A stretch of 64,000 bases of DNA, from the NCBI GenBank assembly GCA_963695345.1, contig OY968769.1, positions 2,240,001-2,304,000 on the forward strand, written 5' to 3'. Source of the DNA: an uncultured Methanomassiliicoccales archaeon (GTDB lineage: Archaea; Thermoplasmatota; Thermoplasmata; Methanomassiliicoccales; UBA472). This document shows positions 32,771 through 42,555 of this stretch, piece after piece; within the stretch, counting starts at the first letter, position 1; each line of letters opens with the position of its first letter. The position numbers and the translations under genes are program-made. The notes beneath the pieces are model-generated. The model worked only from the letters and a program-made list of their open reading frames with translations, was not told where the DNA came from and ran no database searches.

Positions 32771-35719
32771 ATGTCATTTTATAGATTCAAGCGCAGGTCC
32801 CTGACATTATTGTCTTTCTTGTTTGTGGGAATGCTAATTGGTTCCTCCGTCCTGGTCGTCGCACCTGTCCAAGCGGTCACCGCCCCGGTCGGGGATGGGA
32901 CATCCGTTTCCGTGGCATACACCGTCTACAAGGATGCCACCGGTTATACCTGCGCCAAGAGCAGCGCTACCGGAGCAATCGATTTCAGGAGCACCAACTC
33001 GAGATTCGTCATTCAGAGCGCCATTGACAAGCTCTCGAGCGGCTACATCCTGATAAAGGCCGGTCAGTACGACATAACCCAGACCATCTATACCAACACG
33101 GTATCGATCATCGGCGAGGGAAACGCAACAGTTCTGGATGCCACGACCGCATGCAGCGGCGCGGTCATCCGAGTATCGAACAACTACTGGACAGTGGATG
33201 GAAGGTACCTCACCGCTCGTCCCAACGGGATAACCATCGGCAACATGGAGATCGATGGGAACCGGGCTTTACGCACCGGCGGACTGCAGGAAGGGGTCGG
33301 GTTCATAAGTGCCCTCAACAGCCGCATGGTGAGGATATACGTTCATGACCTGATCGGCGGGAACGGGCTCTACATGTCCAATTCCCAGTACTGCAGCGTC
33401 ACCGATTGCCAGGTCTTTAATGTCGGTGCCGATGCCGCCGCCCTATATGGATCGGGTATCGGTTTCGGAAGGGCATCGGGGATAAACGTCGCGAGCTCGT
33501 TCATCACGATCGACAATGTGCTGATCTCGAAGGTGTCGATGTCTTCGATCGACATGAAGCCGGCCAACAACGTGGTCATAACCAATTGCGTGTTCCTCGA
33601 GGCCTCGACCTGGAACGGTCATGCCACCCAGGTCATCTTGACGAATCCGACGGTCGGATATGCGGCCAACGACCGGATAACGGTAACCGGCAACATCGTC
33701 TATGGTGCGTTCGGTGAGTTCATGACGCTGAAGCCGAGCAACTACTCGGTCATCAGCAACAACCTCATCACGTACACCGCAAGCAATTTCTACGCGATAT
33801 ACTCGACCGGATCGCATGACAACAAGATCTCCGGAAACACCATCAAGACCGTTTCCAGGGAAGGCATCATCGGCTTGAACTGCAACTCGATACTCGTCGA
33901 GGGCAACACGATCACGGACACGGCCTCGTCCAAGAACGATTACGGCGTCCGTTTCTACACATCGGGCGGTTCGTCCCTCTATAACGTGATCAAGAGCAAC
34001 AAGATATCCGGTTTCAACTACGCCATAGTGGCAAATGGGCTGAGCGACCACACCACGGTCCAGTACAACACGATCAGCAACTGCAATGTGGGAATCCTGT
34101 TGAGCGGGTCATCCAACGTGAACTCATCCAATCAGGATTCTACCGTGACCATAACCGTTCCGCCGATAACTGATCCGGTCAGCAATGGCGGCGTAGCCTC
34201 CCTGATAATATTCCAGGAAGGAACGCAGACATGCGCGAAGGACGGGACCACCGGGGTGATAAAATACCGCGGGACCGCCACCTACGTGATCCAATCCGCC
34301 ATCGATAACGCGAAAGGCAAGATACTGCTGCTGCCAGGATCGTACAATCTGACCGCTGATATGAACGTCAAGAGGACAGCCGTCATCTCCGGCACATCGG
34401 CGGCATCGACTAAGCTCATTTCGAACGGCATCGCGTTCATCGCGATCACCGCGTCTAATGTCAAGATATCCGACCTATCGCTGTACGGCAACTGCGAGGT
34501 CCTGATCCGGAACAGCGAGGCCAAGGAGGTAACGAACATAACCTGCGAGCGCTTGGAATCATACCTCGGTAGTAGGACCGACGGCTCGTTCGTGGTCGCA
34601 TCCTCCTACGGCTCGGTCATCTCAAAGGTGGTGTTCCGGGACTGCAAGGCCTCCTCGTCGACGTATGGTTTCGTCAACACCGCATTCGGCACGCCCGGTC
34701 AGATCCGCGGCATAACCTTTGTGAACTGTCAGGCGATCGACTGCGGCCGGTATTCCCGCATCAATGAGTGGGTGGTGGGCTTTGACATGAGGGAGCTGGG
34801 ACAGGTCTATGATGCCCAATACATCAACTGTTACGCCTACGGGAACTGGGAATCCGGTTTCCATGTGGAACTGGCCGGATCGCTGGGCAACATCAAATTG
34901 ACCGGATGCCTGGCGGTGGAGAATGGCCGGAGAACGAGTCCCGACTATGGCACAGGGTTCATGATCGGGCAGGGGGTTTCCGCCAACAACTGTACCGCTG
35001 AGAACAACAAGAAGTCCGGATTCTACATCTGCAATAAGGGTGGAGAGACCCTCGTCGACACATGCACCGCCAAGGGATCGGGGCTAGGGTTCGGGGTGGT
35101 CTCAGGGTCCGGGAACAATGTCCTGAGGAACTGCAATGCGAACGGCGCTCGTACTGGCTATCTGTTTGTTGATTGTTATGTGGGCAAGACGTCGGCCAGC
35201 AATATCCGTGCCACCGATTGTGTGGAGGGCATCTCTTCCGGCAACTTCCGAAATCTGGCCATAAATGGGGCACAGATCGTAGGCAAACAGGTCGGAGCGG
35301 TCAACAACGTCCTGATGGGGTACGCTGGAGCTCCGAACTACAACTGCGTTCTGACTAACTTCGAGATCGTCTCAGCCGACCCGACGATCACAGCCGGGAT
35401 AACGTTGGGAGGCCAGGACATTTCCTTCAGCGGCGTTGTGAACGTGAACGCACCGTACGCCATCAACGTCGACTCGGGGAAGAACATCAGGATCGTTGGT
35501 GTCAGCGTATATGCTGGGAAGACCAATCAGGTCGGCATATACAACAACATCGGCACCGGCGTTTTTGTGGACCAGGCGAAACTGATGAACATCAAGGCCT
35601 ATGCCACGTCCTATGCGATCCAAGGCAGGAGCTCGACCTACTACATCACAGTTGGCAGCACCATCATTTCGCAAGGATGGTCAAAGGGCAACCTCAACAC
35701 CCGGAGCGCTGTCGCCTGA
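32771..35719 (+). CDS. Secreted protein with two tandem right-handed beta-helix modules (pectin-lyase/NosD-like)
   Basis: Signal peptide ending VAPVQA; duplicated module head TCAK..TG.I..R...VIQSAID; parallel beta-helix Asn ladders; no anchor. Confidence 0.85.
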   Translation: MSFYRFKRRSLTLLSFLFVGMLIGSSVLVVAPVQAVTAPVGDGTSVSVAYTVYKDATGYTCAKSSATGAIDFRSTNSRFVIQSAIDKLSSGYILIKAGQYDITQTIYTNTVSIIGEGNATVLDATTACSGAVIRVSNNYWTVDGRYLTARPNGITIGNMEIDGNRALRTGGLQEGVGFISALNSRMVRIYVHDLIGGNGLYMSNSQYCSVTDCQVFNVGADAAALYGSGIGFGRASGINVASSFITIDNVLISKVSMSSIDMKPANNVVITNCVFLEASTWNGHATQVILTNPTVGYAANDRITVTGNIVYGAFGEFMTLKPSNYSVISNNLITYTASNFYAIYSTGSHDNKISGNTIKTVSREGIIGLNCNSILVEGNTITDTASSKNDYGVRFYTSGGSSLYNVIKSNKISGFNYAIVANGLSDHTTVQYNTISNCNVGILLSGSSNVNSSNQDSTVTITVPPITDPVSNGGVASLIIFQEGTQTCAKDGTTGVIKYRGTATYVIQSAIDNAKGKILLLPGSYNLTADMNVKRTAVISGTSAASTKLISNGIAFIAITASNVKISDLSLYGNCEVLIRNSEAKEVTNITCERLESYLGSRTDGSFVVASSYGSVISKVVFRDCKASSSTYGFVNTAFGTPGQIRGITFVNCQAIDCGRYSRINEWVVGFDMRELGQVYDAQYINCYAYGNWESGFHVELAGSLGNIKLTGCLAVENGRRTSPDYGTGFMIGQGVSANNCTAENNKKSGFYICNKGGETLVDTCTAKGSGLGFGVVSGSGNNVLRNCNANGARTGYLFVDCYVGKTSASNIRATDCVEGISSGNFRNLAINGAQIVGKQVGAVNNVLMGYAGAPNYNCVLTNFEIVSADPTITAGITLGGQDISFSGVVNVNAPYAINVDSGKNIRIVGVSVYAGKTNQVGIYNNIGTGVFVDQAKLMNIKAYATSYAIQGRSSTYYITVGSTIISQGWSKGNLNTRSAVA

Positions 35720-36321
35720 TGATGCGGTCCGTCATCCAACCTCAGATCCTTTGAGGCAAACCCTTTCACTCCACATTTTTCCTAGTTCGATATGCGATGA
35801 CAAACGGGGTACTGGGTCGGGCCTCGATCAATGAAATGAGCGGGTGGATGCGTCATCCTAGAGAAGATGGATATCCGACCGGAGACATGCATTGGTCATT
35901 CGCTGCTGGTGTTCGGCACGTCCAGAGGTCAACATCTTTGCATAAGAAGGTCACCGGATTCTCCCTATGGTACGTTATCGGGATTGATAATCGGACCCCT
36001 CCCTAATTAAAGGAGGAAGGGACTCATGGCGACACCAATAAGGCTCTTCCTCGGACAACTGCAATTCTTGGAAATATTTTTGAATGATCAATTATAATCA
36101 CATGGTTAGATATTTAATTTAAAACGATTGTAAATGCTATTGATAATTTTTATCAGAAATTTTCTTAATATCTATTGAAAAATTACGAACGTTTGGAAAA
36201 AACGACTGCATTTTTTCATTATTGATAACCAGTCAACTTAGTTTATAACACAAAAATGAGGTCTAGTCTTATGGGCCGTGAGGAGATCGGTGAAAAACCA
36301 ATCATTATCAAGAAGCACCGA

Positions 36322-39300
36322 ATGAAGAACTACGCTGTAATTCTCGGATCCATGGTAATCGTTGGCATGATGTTGTCCGTCGCAGTGCAGACAACCAGTG
36401 CCATACCGAGCTATGATTACAGGATCAGCGGTTCTCAAGTCCTCGGACCCACTGGCACGGTAGTCTATTCCGGTTCTGACTTCTCCCGGGCACTGACCTG
36501 GGCCACCGGCCAGGCGAACAAGGTCACTTATGTGCCCGCGGGCAATTACGTCATTAACACGGCCATCTATCCAGCAGCCGGCATCACCCTGATCGGCGAT
36601 GGTGACGGACCCACCGGAACGGTGTTCAATTTCAACGATCCAGCCCTCACCGCCGAGCAATTCGTCGTGTACAATGTGAATGGCATAACGTTCAGCAATT
36701 TCAGGATGACAGGGTATGGCAGCATTGAGGTCTACGCCTCACGTCAGGATGTCACCTCGATAACCTTCGATCACGTGACCGGCTACCGCTGCGGCGGGAA
36801 CGACTACGTCTTCGGACTGGTCGCGGCCAGTCCCTACAAGGTAAATGGAGTGACATTCACCAACTGCCACGCAGAGGGTGCGGATGCCTTCGGTTTCCTC
36901 TTGACCGGTTCCGGTCTCAAGACCAATGTCGTCTTCACTGACTGCACCGCCAACTATTGCGGATACTATTCCACCCGTTTCAATGAATGGACGGCGGGAT
37001 TCGATGTGTGCGAGCTCGGCAGCGCCTCCAAGATAACGCTCACCAGGTGCACAGCCACATACAATTTGGAAGCAGGTTTCCACCTGGAGTACGCCCCATT
37101 GGAAACTGAGATACTGTTCGTCAATTGTGTTGCAAACTACAACGGACAGAAGGCAGCCGGTACGGTCAACAGCGACGGTACTGTTGGTACGCAGTATGGA
37201 GTAGGTTTCTTATTCAAACCCACAAATGTACCGAACATATCGTTCAGTGGATGCTCGGGTACGGGAAACACTCTGGGATTGAGCAGATTGGCTCCAGGAG
37301 CCTCGACTCTGTCCACCGTCCCCACGATCCATTGGAAACCGACGTTCACCAACAGCCCGGCCACCACCGGCAAGATCGGGGTCGCCTACTCGTACACCCC
37401 GACCGTCAATGAATCCTCAACACTATCATCGGTCGCCAAGCCGTCCTGGGCCTCCTGGTCCGGAACGAGCATGACCGGTACTCCGGCAACTGCCGGGTCC
37501 TATACCTTCTCTATAAAGGCAACGTCCAACTCAGGAACTTTGTCCAGCTGGAAGAACTGGACCGTGACCGTCCCGACCGTGGTCGTACCGAAGACCTGGG
37601 CGCCGACGTTCACCAACAGCCCGGCCACCACCGGCAAGATCGGGGTCGCCTACTCGTACACCCCTACGGTGAATGAGTCATCCACTCTCTCATCAGTCGC
37701 CAAGCCGTCCTGGGCCTCCTGGTCCGGTACTGTGATGTCCGGTAGTCCTCCAACAGCAGGATCTTATTCCTTCTCGATCAAGGCGGTATCGACCTCTGGA
37801 ACTTTGTCCAGCTGGAAGAACTGGACCGTGTCCGTTCCGACCGTAGTAACTCATTGGAAACCGACCTTCACCAACAGCCCGGCAACAACCGGCACGATTG
37901 GGAGTGTCTACTCGTACACCCCGACGGTGAACGAGTCATCCACTCTCTCGTTGGTCACCAAGCCGTCCTGGGCCTCCTGGTCCGGAACGACCATGACCGG
38001 CACCCCAACAACCGCCGGATCCTATACCTTCTCGATAAAGGCAACGTCCAACTCTGGAACTTTGTCCAGCTGGAAGAACTGGACCGTGACCGTCCCGACC
38101 GTGGTCGTACCGAAGACCTGGGCGCCGACGTTCACCAACAGCCCGGCCACGACTGGCAAGGTAGGGGTAGCATACTCGTATGCTCCGATGGTCAACGAAT
38201 CCTCAACCCTCTCTTTGGTCGCCAAGCCGTCCTGGGCCTCCTGGTCTGGTTCAGTGATGTCAGGGACTCCCGCTGTGGCAGGATCATCATCCTTCAGCGT
38301 TAAGGCGACGTCCAACTCCGGGACGCTCTCCAGCTGGAAGAACTGGACCGTGTCCGTCCCGACCGTGGTAGTACCTAAGACCTGGGCGTCAACGTTCACC
38401 AACAGTCCAAGCACTACTGGAATGATAGGGTCGGTATATTCGTACACCCCGACGGTAAACGAGTCGTCCACTCTCTCATCGGTCACCAAGCCGTCCTGGG
38501 CCTCCTGGTCCGGCACGGCAATGTCCGGTACGCCAACCACGGCAGGATCATATTCCTTCTCGGTCAAAGCTGTATCAACCTCTGGAACTTTGTCCAGCTG
38601 GAAGAACTGGACCGTGACCGTCCCGACCGTGGTCGTACCGAAGACCTGGGCGCCGACGTTCACCAACACCCCGGCCACCGTGGGAAAGATCGGATCAAGC
38701 TATTCTTATGTGCCAACGGTGAACGAGTCCTCAAGTCTGACGCTGGTATCAAAGCCGTCCTGGGCCTCCTGGTCCGGAACGACCATGACCGGCACCCCGA
38801 CAACCGCCGGGTCCTATGCCTTCTCGGTCAAGGCGACGTCCAACTCCGGGACGCTCACTAGCTGGAAGAACTGGACCGTGACCGTCCCGACCGTGGTAGT
38901 ACCTAAGACCTGGGCGCCGACCTTCACCAACAGTCCAGCCACTACCGGAAAGATCGGGGTCGTGTATTCATACACCCCGAAGGTCAACGAGTCCTCTTCT
39001 CTCCTGTTGGTTTCGAAGCCGTCCTGGGCCAAATGGTCCGGAACGACCATGACCGGTACGCCAACCACGGCAGGATCTTATTCCTTCAGCGTCAAGGCCA
39101 CATCGACCTCGGGAACACTCACCAGCGTAAAGAGCTGGACCGTGACCATTCCAGCCCTTGAGCCAGCCCACTGGGCGCCGAAGTTCATCAAGAACCCGGC
39201 CACGACAGGTAAGGTATGGGTCACCTACTCGTACACCCCGACGGTGAATGAGTCATCCACTCTCTCATCGGTCGCCAAGCCGTCCTGGGCCTCCTGGTCC

Positions 39301-39486
39301 GGCAAAGTGATCTCAGGAACGCCCACCGCCCCAGGATCTTATTCCTTCAGCGTCAAGGCCACATCGGTCGCCGGTGACCTGTCGAGCTGGCAGAACTGGA
39401 CCGTGACTATATCCTCCAGTCATTCGTCATGGAACAACTGGAACCACCATCATTACAACAACCATCTGATGGCACGGAAGGTCTGA
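36322..39486 (+). CDS. Secreted beta-helix protein with 8 tandem He_PIG-like Ig repeats and a His/Asn-rich tail
   Basis: Likely start MKNYAVILG (36322); N-domain paralogous to the 2573 gene; repeats W.PTFTNSPATTG...KPSWASWSG...GTP..AGSY.FS.KA. Confidence 0.88.
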   Translation: MKNYAVILGSMVIVGMMLSVAVQTTSAIPSYDYRISGSQVLGPTGTVVYSGSDFSRALTWATGQANKVTYVPAGNYVINTAIYPAAGITLIGDGDGPTGTVFNFNDPALTAEQFVVYNVNGITFSNFRMTGYGSIEVYASRQDVTSITFDHVTGYRCGGNDYVFGLVAASPYKVNGVTFTNCHAEGADAFGFLLTGSGLKTNVVFTDCTANYCGYYSTRFNEWTAGFDVCELGSASKITLTRCTATYNLEAGFHLEYAPLETEILFVNCVANYNGQKAAGTVNSDGTVGTQYGVGFLFKPTNVPNISFSGCSGTGNTLGLSRLAPGASTLSTVPTIHWKPTFTNSPATTGKIGVAYSYTPTVNESSTLSSVAKPSWASWSGTSMTGTPATAGSYTFSIKATSNSGTLSSWKNWTVTVPTVVVPKTWAPTFTNSPATTGKIGVAYSYTPTVNESSTLSSVAKPSWASWSGTVMSGSPPTAGSYSFSIKAVSTSGTLSSWKNWTVSVPTVVTHWKPTFTNSPATTGTIGSVYSYTPTVNESSTLSLVTKPSWASWSGTTMTGTPTTAGSYTFSIKATSNSGTLSSWKNWTVTVPTVVVPKTWAPTFTNSPATTGKVGVAYSYAPMVNESSTLSLVAKPSWASWSGSVMSGTPAVAGSSSFSVKATSNSGTLSSWKNWTVSVPTVVVPKTWASTFTNSPSTTGMIGSVYSYTPTVNESSTLSSVTKPSWASWSGTAMSGTPTTAGSYSFSVKAVSTSGTLSSWKNWTVTVPTVVVPKTWAPTFTNTPATVGKIGSSYSYVPTVNESSSLTLVSKPSWASWSGTTMTGTPTTAGSYAFSVKATSNSGTLTSWKNWTVTVPTVVVPKTWAPTFTNSPATTGKIGVVYSYTPKVNESSSLLLVSKPSWAKWSGTTMTGTPTTAGSYSFSVKATSTSGTLTSVKSWTVTIPALEPAHWAPKFIKNPATTGKVWVTYSYTPTVNESSTLSSVAKPSWASWSGKVISGTPTAPGSYSFSVKATSVAGDLSSWQNWTVTISSSHSSWNNWNHHHYNNHLMARKV
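37330..39414 (+). repeat. 8 x about 264-nt (about 88 aa) intragenic tandem repeats
   Basis: Recurrent aagccgtcctgggcctcctggtcc and agctggaagaactggaccgtg at about 260-nt spacing. Confidence 0.95.
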
Positions 39487-39732
39487 TCGATGGAGTGACA
39501 AAACAACAGGTCAAAGGTCTCGATCAGTTCCGTGTCAACATTCAGGAACTATCGGACCACCATTTTTCTTTAATCACGCGTTCTATTCTGCACAGTTGGA
39601 AAGACCGCAGCCTAAGAACATTGTCAATAACATCGATATTCAATATGGAGCGACCTCCATCCTTGGCATCCAGTTTCTTTTCGTCCTTCACCTGGCATTG
39701 CCTGAAGGCTTGACTGGCTTACTTACTTCCGT

Positions 39733-41439
39733 CTAATTCTTGCCCAGGATATAGTTACCCATCACCAGATAGTCAAGCCCGGTGGTGAAGAAACAGCGGA
39801 TGGCGTCTCCGGGCGATTCCACGATCGGTTCGCCCATCACATTGAAGCTGGTGTTCAGAAGGACCGGAACCCCGCTCAGTTTCTCAAACTCCTTCAACAA
39901 CTGGTGGAAGCGCGGGTTGGTCTCCTGGTGGACCGTCTGCAGGCGGGCCGTTCCATCGACGTGGGTGACGGCCGGGATGACCTCCTTCTTGTCATGGAGC
40001 ACGTCGCATACCTTCAACATGAACGGATCGGCCACGTTCTGTTCGAAGAACCGAGGCGTATCCTCTATCGGGCAGGAGGGCGCGAAGGGCCGGAACGCCT
40101 CCCGATGCTTGACCTGCGCGTTTATCTTGTCCTTCATGCCCGGTAGGGTCGGATCGGCCAGTATGCTTCGGTTCCCCAAGGCGCGGGGACCGATCTCCAT
40201 GCGACCCTGGAACCATCCGACGATATTGCCCTGCTTCAGAAGCTCGGCGGTCACCGACTCTAGTTCCCCGTCCGGGAGATACCGATGGGCCAATTTGGAT
40301 TCCTCGATGATCTTCCCTATGGCAGGGTTCCCGTACTCGGTGCCTACGAAGGGATCATGGTGGACAAAGGCGCGGGGGTGGCCCAGAACGCTGTTGTACA
40401 CATAGTAGGCGGCTCCAATGGCAGTACCATTGTCACCGGCCGCTGGCATGACGTAGAGGTCCTTGAACCCGCTCTCCCGCACCAATCTGCCGTTGGTCAC
40501 GCTGTTCAGGGCGACCCCGCCCGAGATCACCAGGTAATCTTCCTTGGTGCGTTCCCGCAGTTGGCGGGCCATCTTGAGTATGCATTCCTCCAGCTGCTGC
40601 TGGAAAGCCGCCGCCACATCCAGATGGCGCTGCTCGAATTTGGCCGCCTTCGCCTTCTGGCGGGGCTGGCCGCAAATATCATAGAATTTCTTGGATAGGC
40701 GGTCTGGATAAGCCGGACCAAAATTGTAGTTGAAGTATGAAAGGTCAACTCCGATGGACATATCATCCTTGATCCAGAACATTTTCGAAACCGCCTCCCC
40801 AAAGGTGTCTGGATTGCCCAAGGGCGCCAGTCCCATCGTCTTGCCCTCATCATAATGCGCCTTGAAACCGCAGAACTCCGTGGCCGCTTCATACACGCAG
40901 CCCAGTGAGTATGGAAAGTAGTCCTGGGACAAACACTCGAATTTGTTCGCCTTACCAACACCCTTGAAGGTTGTGGCCCATTCGCCCGATCCATCCACGG
41001 ACAGAAGGGCGGCGCTCTCATAGGGGCTGACAAAGAAAGAGCCTACGGCGTGGGAGACATGGTGAGGAACGAAATGAATTACTGGCTTCTTGTCCTTGGC
41101 GTAGGTCGCGTTCAGCCAGGACCTGAAGGCTTTATGCTTCAGCCGCGGGTCAAGCACCTGCCCTTCGACATAGGGCCACAATTTGCGCCACGCTCTCATC
41201 CCATAGGCCGCCTTTTTCGGCCAGTCCAGCCTCGGCTGCACGGAGATGGCGATGTGGTCGATGTCCTTGGCCGTCAGTCCAGCGATCTCCAGGCAGCGCG
41301 CGATCGCCTGTTTGGGGAATGCCTCAGTGTGCTTCTGCCGGGTCAGCCTCTCCTCTTCGATGGCAACCACCAATTTGCCGTCCTTGACCACACAAGCCGT
41401 CGAGTCATGGTAGATGTAATTGAGACCGAGAATATTCAT
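39733..41439 (-). CDS. Carbamoyltransferase (NodU/CmcH family)
   Basis: Probable start MNILGLNY..HDS; AIEEERLTRQKH, HHVSHA, VDGSGE, EGKTMGLA, GGVALN, GRMEIGPRALGNRSIL, FRPFAP, HVDGTARLQTV, LNTSFN. Confidence 0.95.
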   Translation of the reverse strand: MNILGLNYIYHDSTACVVKDGKLVVAIEEERLTRQKHTEAFPKQAIARCLEIAGLTAKDIDHIAISVQPRLDWPKKAAYGMRAWRKLWPYVEGQVLDPRLKHKAFRSWLNATYAKDKKPVIHFVPHHVSHAVGSFFVSPYESAALLSVDGSGEWATTFKGVGKANKFECLSQDYFPYSLGCVYEAATEFCGFKAHYDEGKTMGLAPLGNPDTFGEAVSKMFWIKDDMSIGVDLSYFNYNFGPAYPDRLSKKFYDICGQPRQKAKAAKFEQRHLDVAAAFQQQLEECILKMARQLRERTKEDYLVISGGVALNSVTNGRLVRESGFKDLYVMPAAGDNGTAIGAAYYVYNSVLGHPRAFVHHDPFVGTEYGNPAIGKIIEESKLAHRYLPDGELESVTAELLKQGNIVGWFQGRMEIGPRALGNRSILADPTLPGMKDKINAQVKHREAFRPFAPSCPIEDTPRFFEQNVADPFMLKVCDVLHDKKEVIPAVTHVDGTARLQTVHQETNPRFHQLLKEFEKLSGVPVLLNTSFNVMGEPIVESPGDAIRCFFTTGLDYLVMGNYILGKN

Positions 41440-41762
41440 AGGCTTCATCCTGGTGGCAATTTGTCCTACCCACTTCATAATATGAGATACTATTACTTTC
41501 TTTTGGGATGACTCGATTCCTACATTGCTACAGGTTCGCAGCATATTAACGGTTCAGGTTGGAGAAGTGGGTGAAAGGCCAGAACTTATTCCTCGATCTC
41601 CATGCTGACAGTTCGAATGACACCATCGCATCGATATGCTCGTTGGTCTGCCATCCTTCTGAGAATAGGGCGTGATCGTCCCCCATCTCAACGTTCCATA
41701 GAAATTAGGGAGATATATTAAAGCGGCGACAAACACGGTTACGCATCACCAATGGTATTCCT

Positions 41763-42461
41763 ATGAGATGTCCTAGCTGTGGAATGGAAAGCGTCGCGGG
41801 AGCGAACGTGTGTGGCTATTGCGGTTACTCATTTTCGACCATCAGATCAAACCAGCAGTCGTCCAGCCCTCAATACCAGCAGCCGTACCAACCTGCTCCA
41901 GCGCAATATCAGCCAGCGCCGCCGCAGGTTCCCTACCGGCCCCCGAAGAAGATGAACAAGGGCCTGGTCGTCGGCATCGTGGCCGCCGTGCTTATCGTGG
42001 GCGCTCTGCTCGCCTACGCCGTCATCCTGCCCGCCTTGAACAGCACCAGCAATTCCAACCTCTCGCCATCCCGGGATATCGCTGGCACGTGGAAGACGAC
42101 GGTCCCCACCAAGTTCAGCTTCTCCACCGATTTCGAGTCCGATGCCGGATATCAGATGTGGAACGTCACGTTGACCATAACCAAGACTGCTGACCCTAAC
42201 GTCATGAACGTCCAGATGTACTTCGTAGTCGCCAGCAGCGCGATAAAACCAGGTTCCTTCGCGATCCCTGAGGTCTCCCCGATGTTCCTTACCGGCGCCG
42301 TAAACAGCTCGCAGATGCAGTTGCGCTCCGGGGCCGACGTGAAAGGTGTGTTCTCGTTCACCTCTACCACCATGACCGGGACCTATGACGACACCTGGGC
42401 CGCCATCTATGGCCAATCGGTCTTCACGGAGACGAACGCGATCAAGCTGTACAAGCAGTGA
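41763..42461 (+). CDS. Zinc-ribbon / TM / extracellular beta-domain protein, paralog 1
   Basis: CPSC..CGYC, Q/P-rich linker, one TM, IAGTWKT...MTGTYDD. Confidence 0.8.
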   Translation: MRCPSCGMESVAGANVCGYCGYSFSTIRSNQQSSSPQYQQPYQPAPAQYQPAPPQVPYRPPKKMNKGLVVGIVAAVLIVGALLAYAVILPALNSTSNSNLSPSRDIAGTWKTTVPTKFSFSTDFESDAGYQMWNVTLTITKTADPNVMNVQMYFVVASSAIKPGSFAIPEVSPMFLTGAVNSSQMQLRSGADVKGVFSFTSTTMTGTYDDTWAAIYGQSVFTETNAIKLYKQ

Positions 42462-42555
42462 ACGTTCGGGGACAAGGGATGATCGTCGGTCCCGTACCAT
42501 CGGGACAACAATTATCTCTTTGCTAGGCCTAGAAGCCCCGTGGGGAAGAGATCAC

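Noticed and set aside
32771-32875. Twin-arginine (KRRSL) Tat signal
   Set aside because: Poor match to RRxFLK; a Sec signal with AxA-like cleavage (VQA) fits as well
37330-39414. Regularly spaced near-identical 20-30 nt blocks resembling a CRISPR array
   Set aside because: Period is about 264 nt, in frame within a protein, intervening sequence is also homologous, and there are no cas genes
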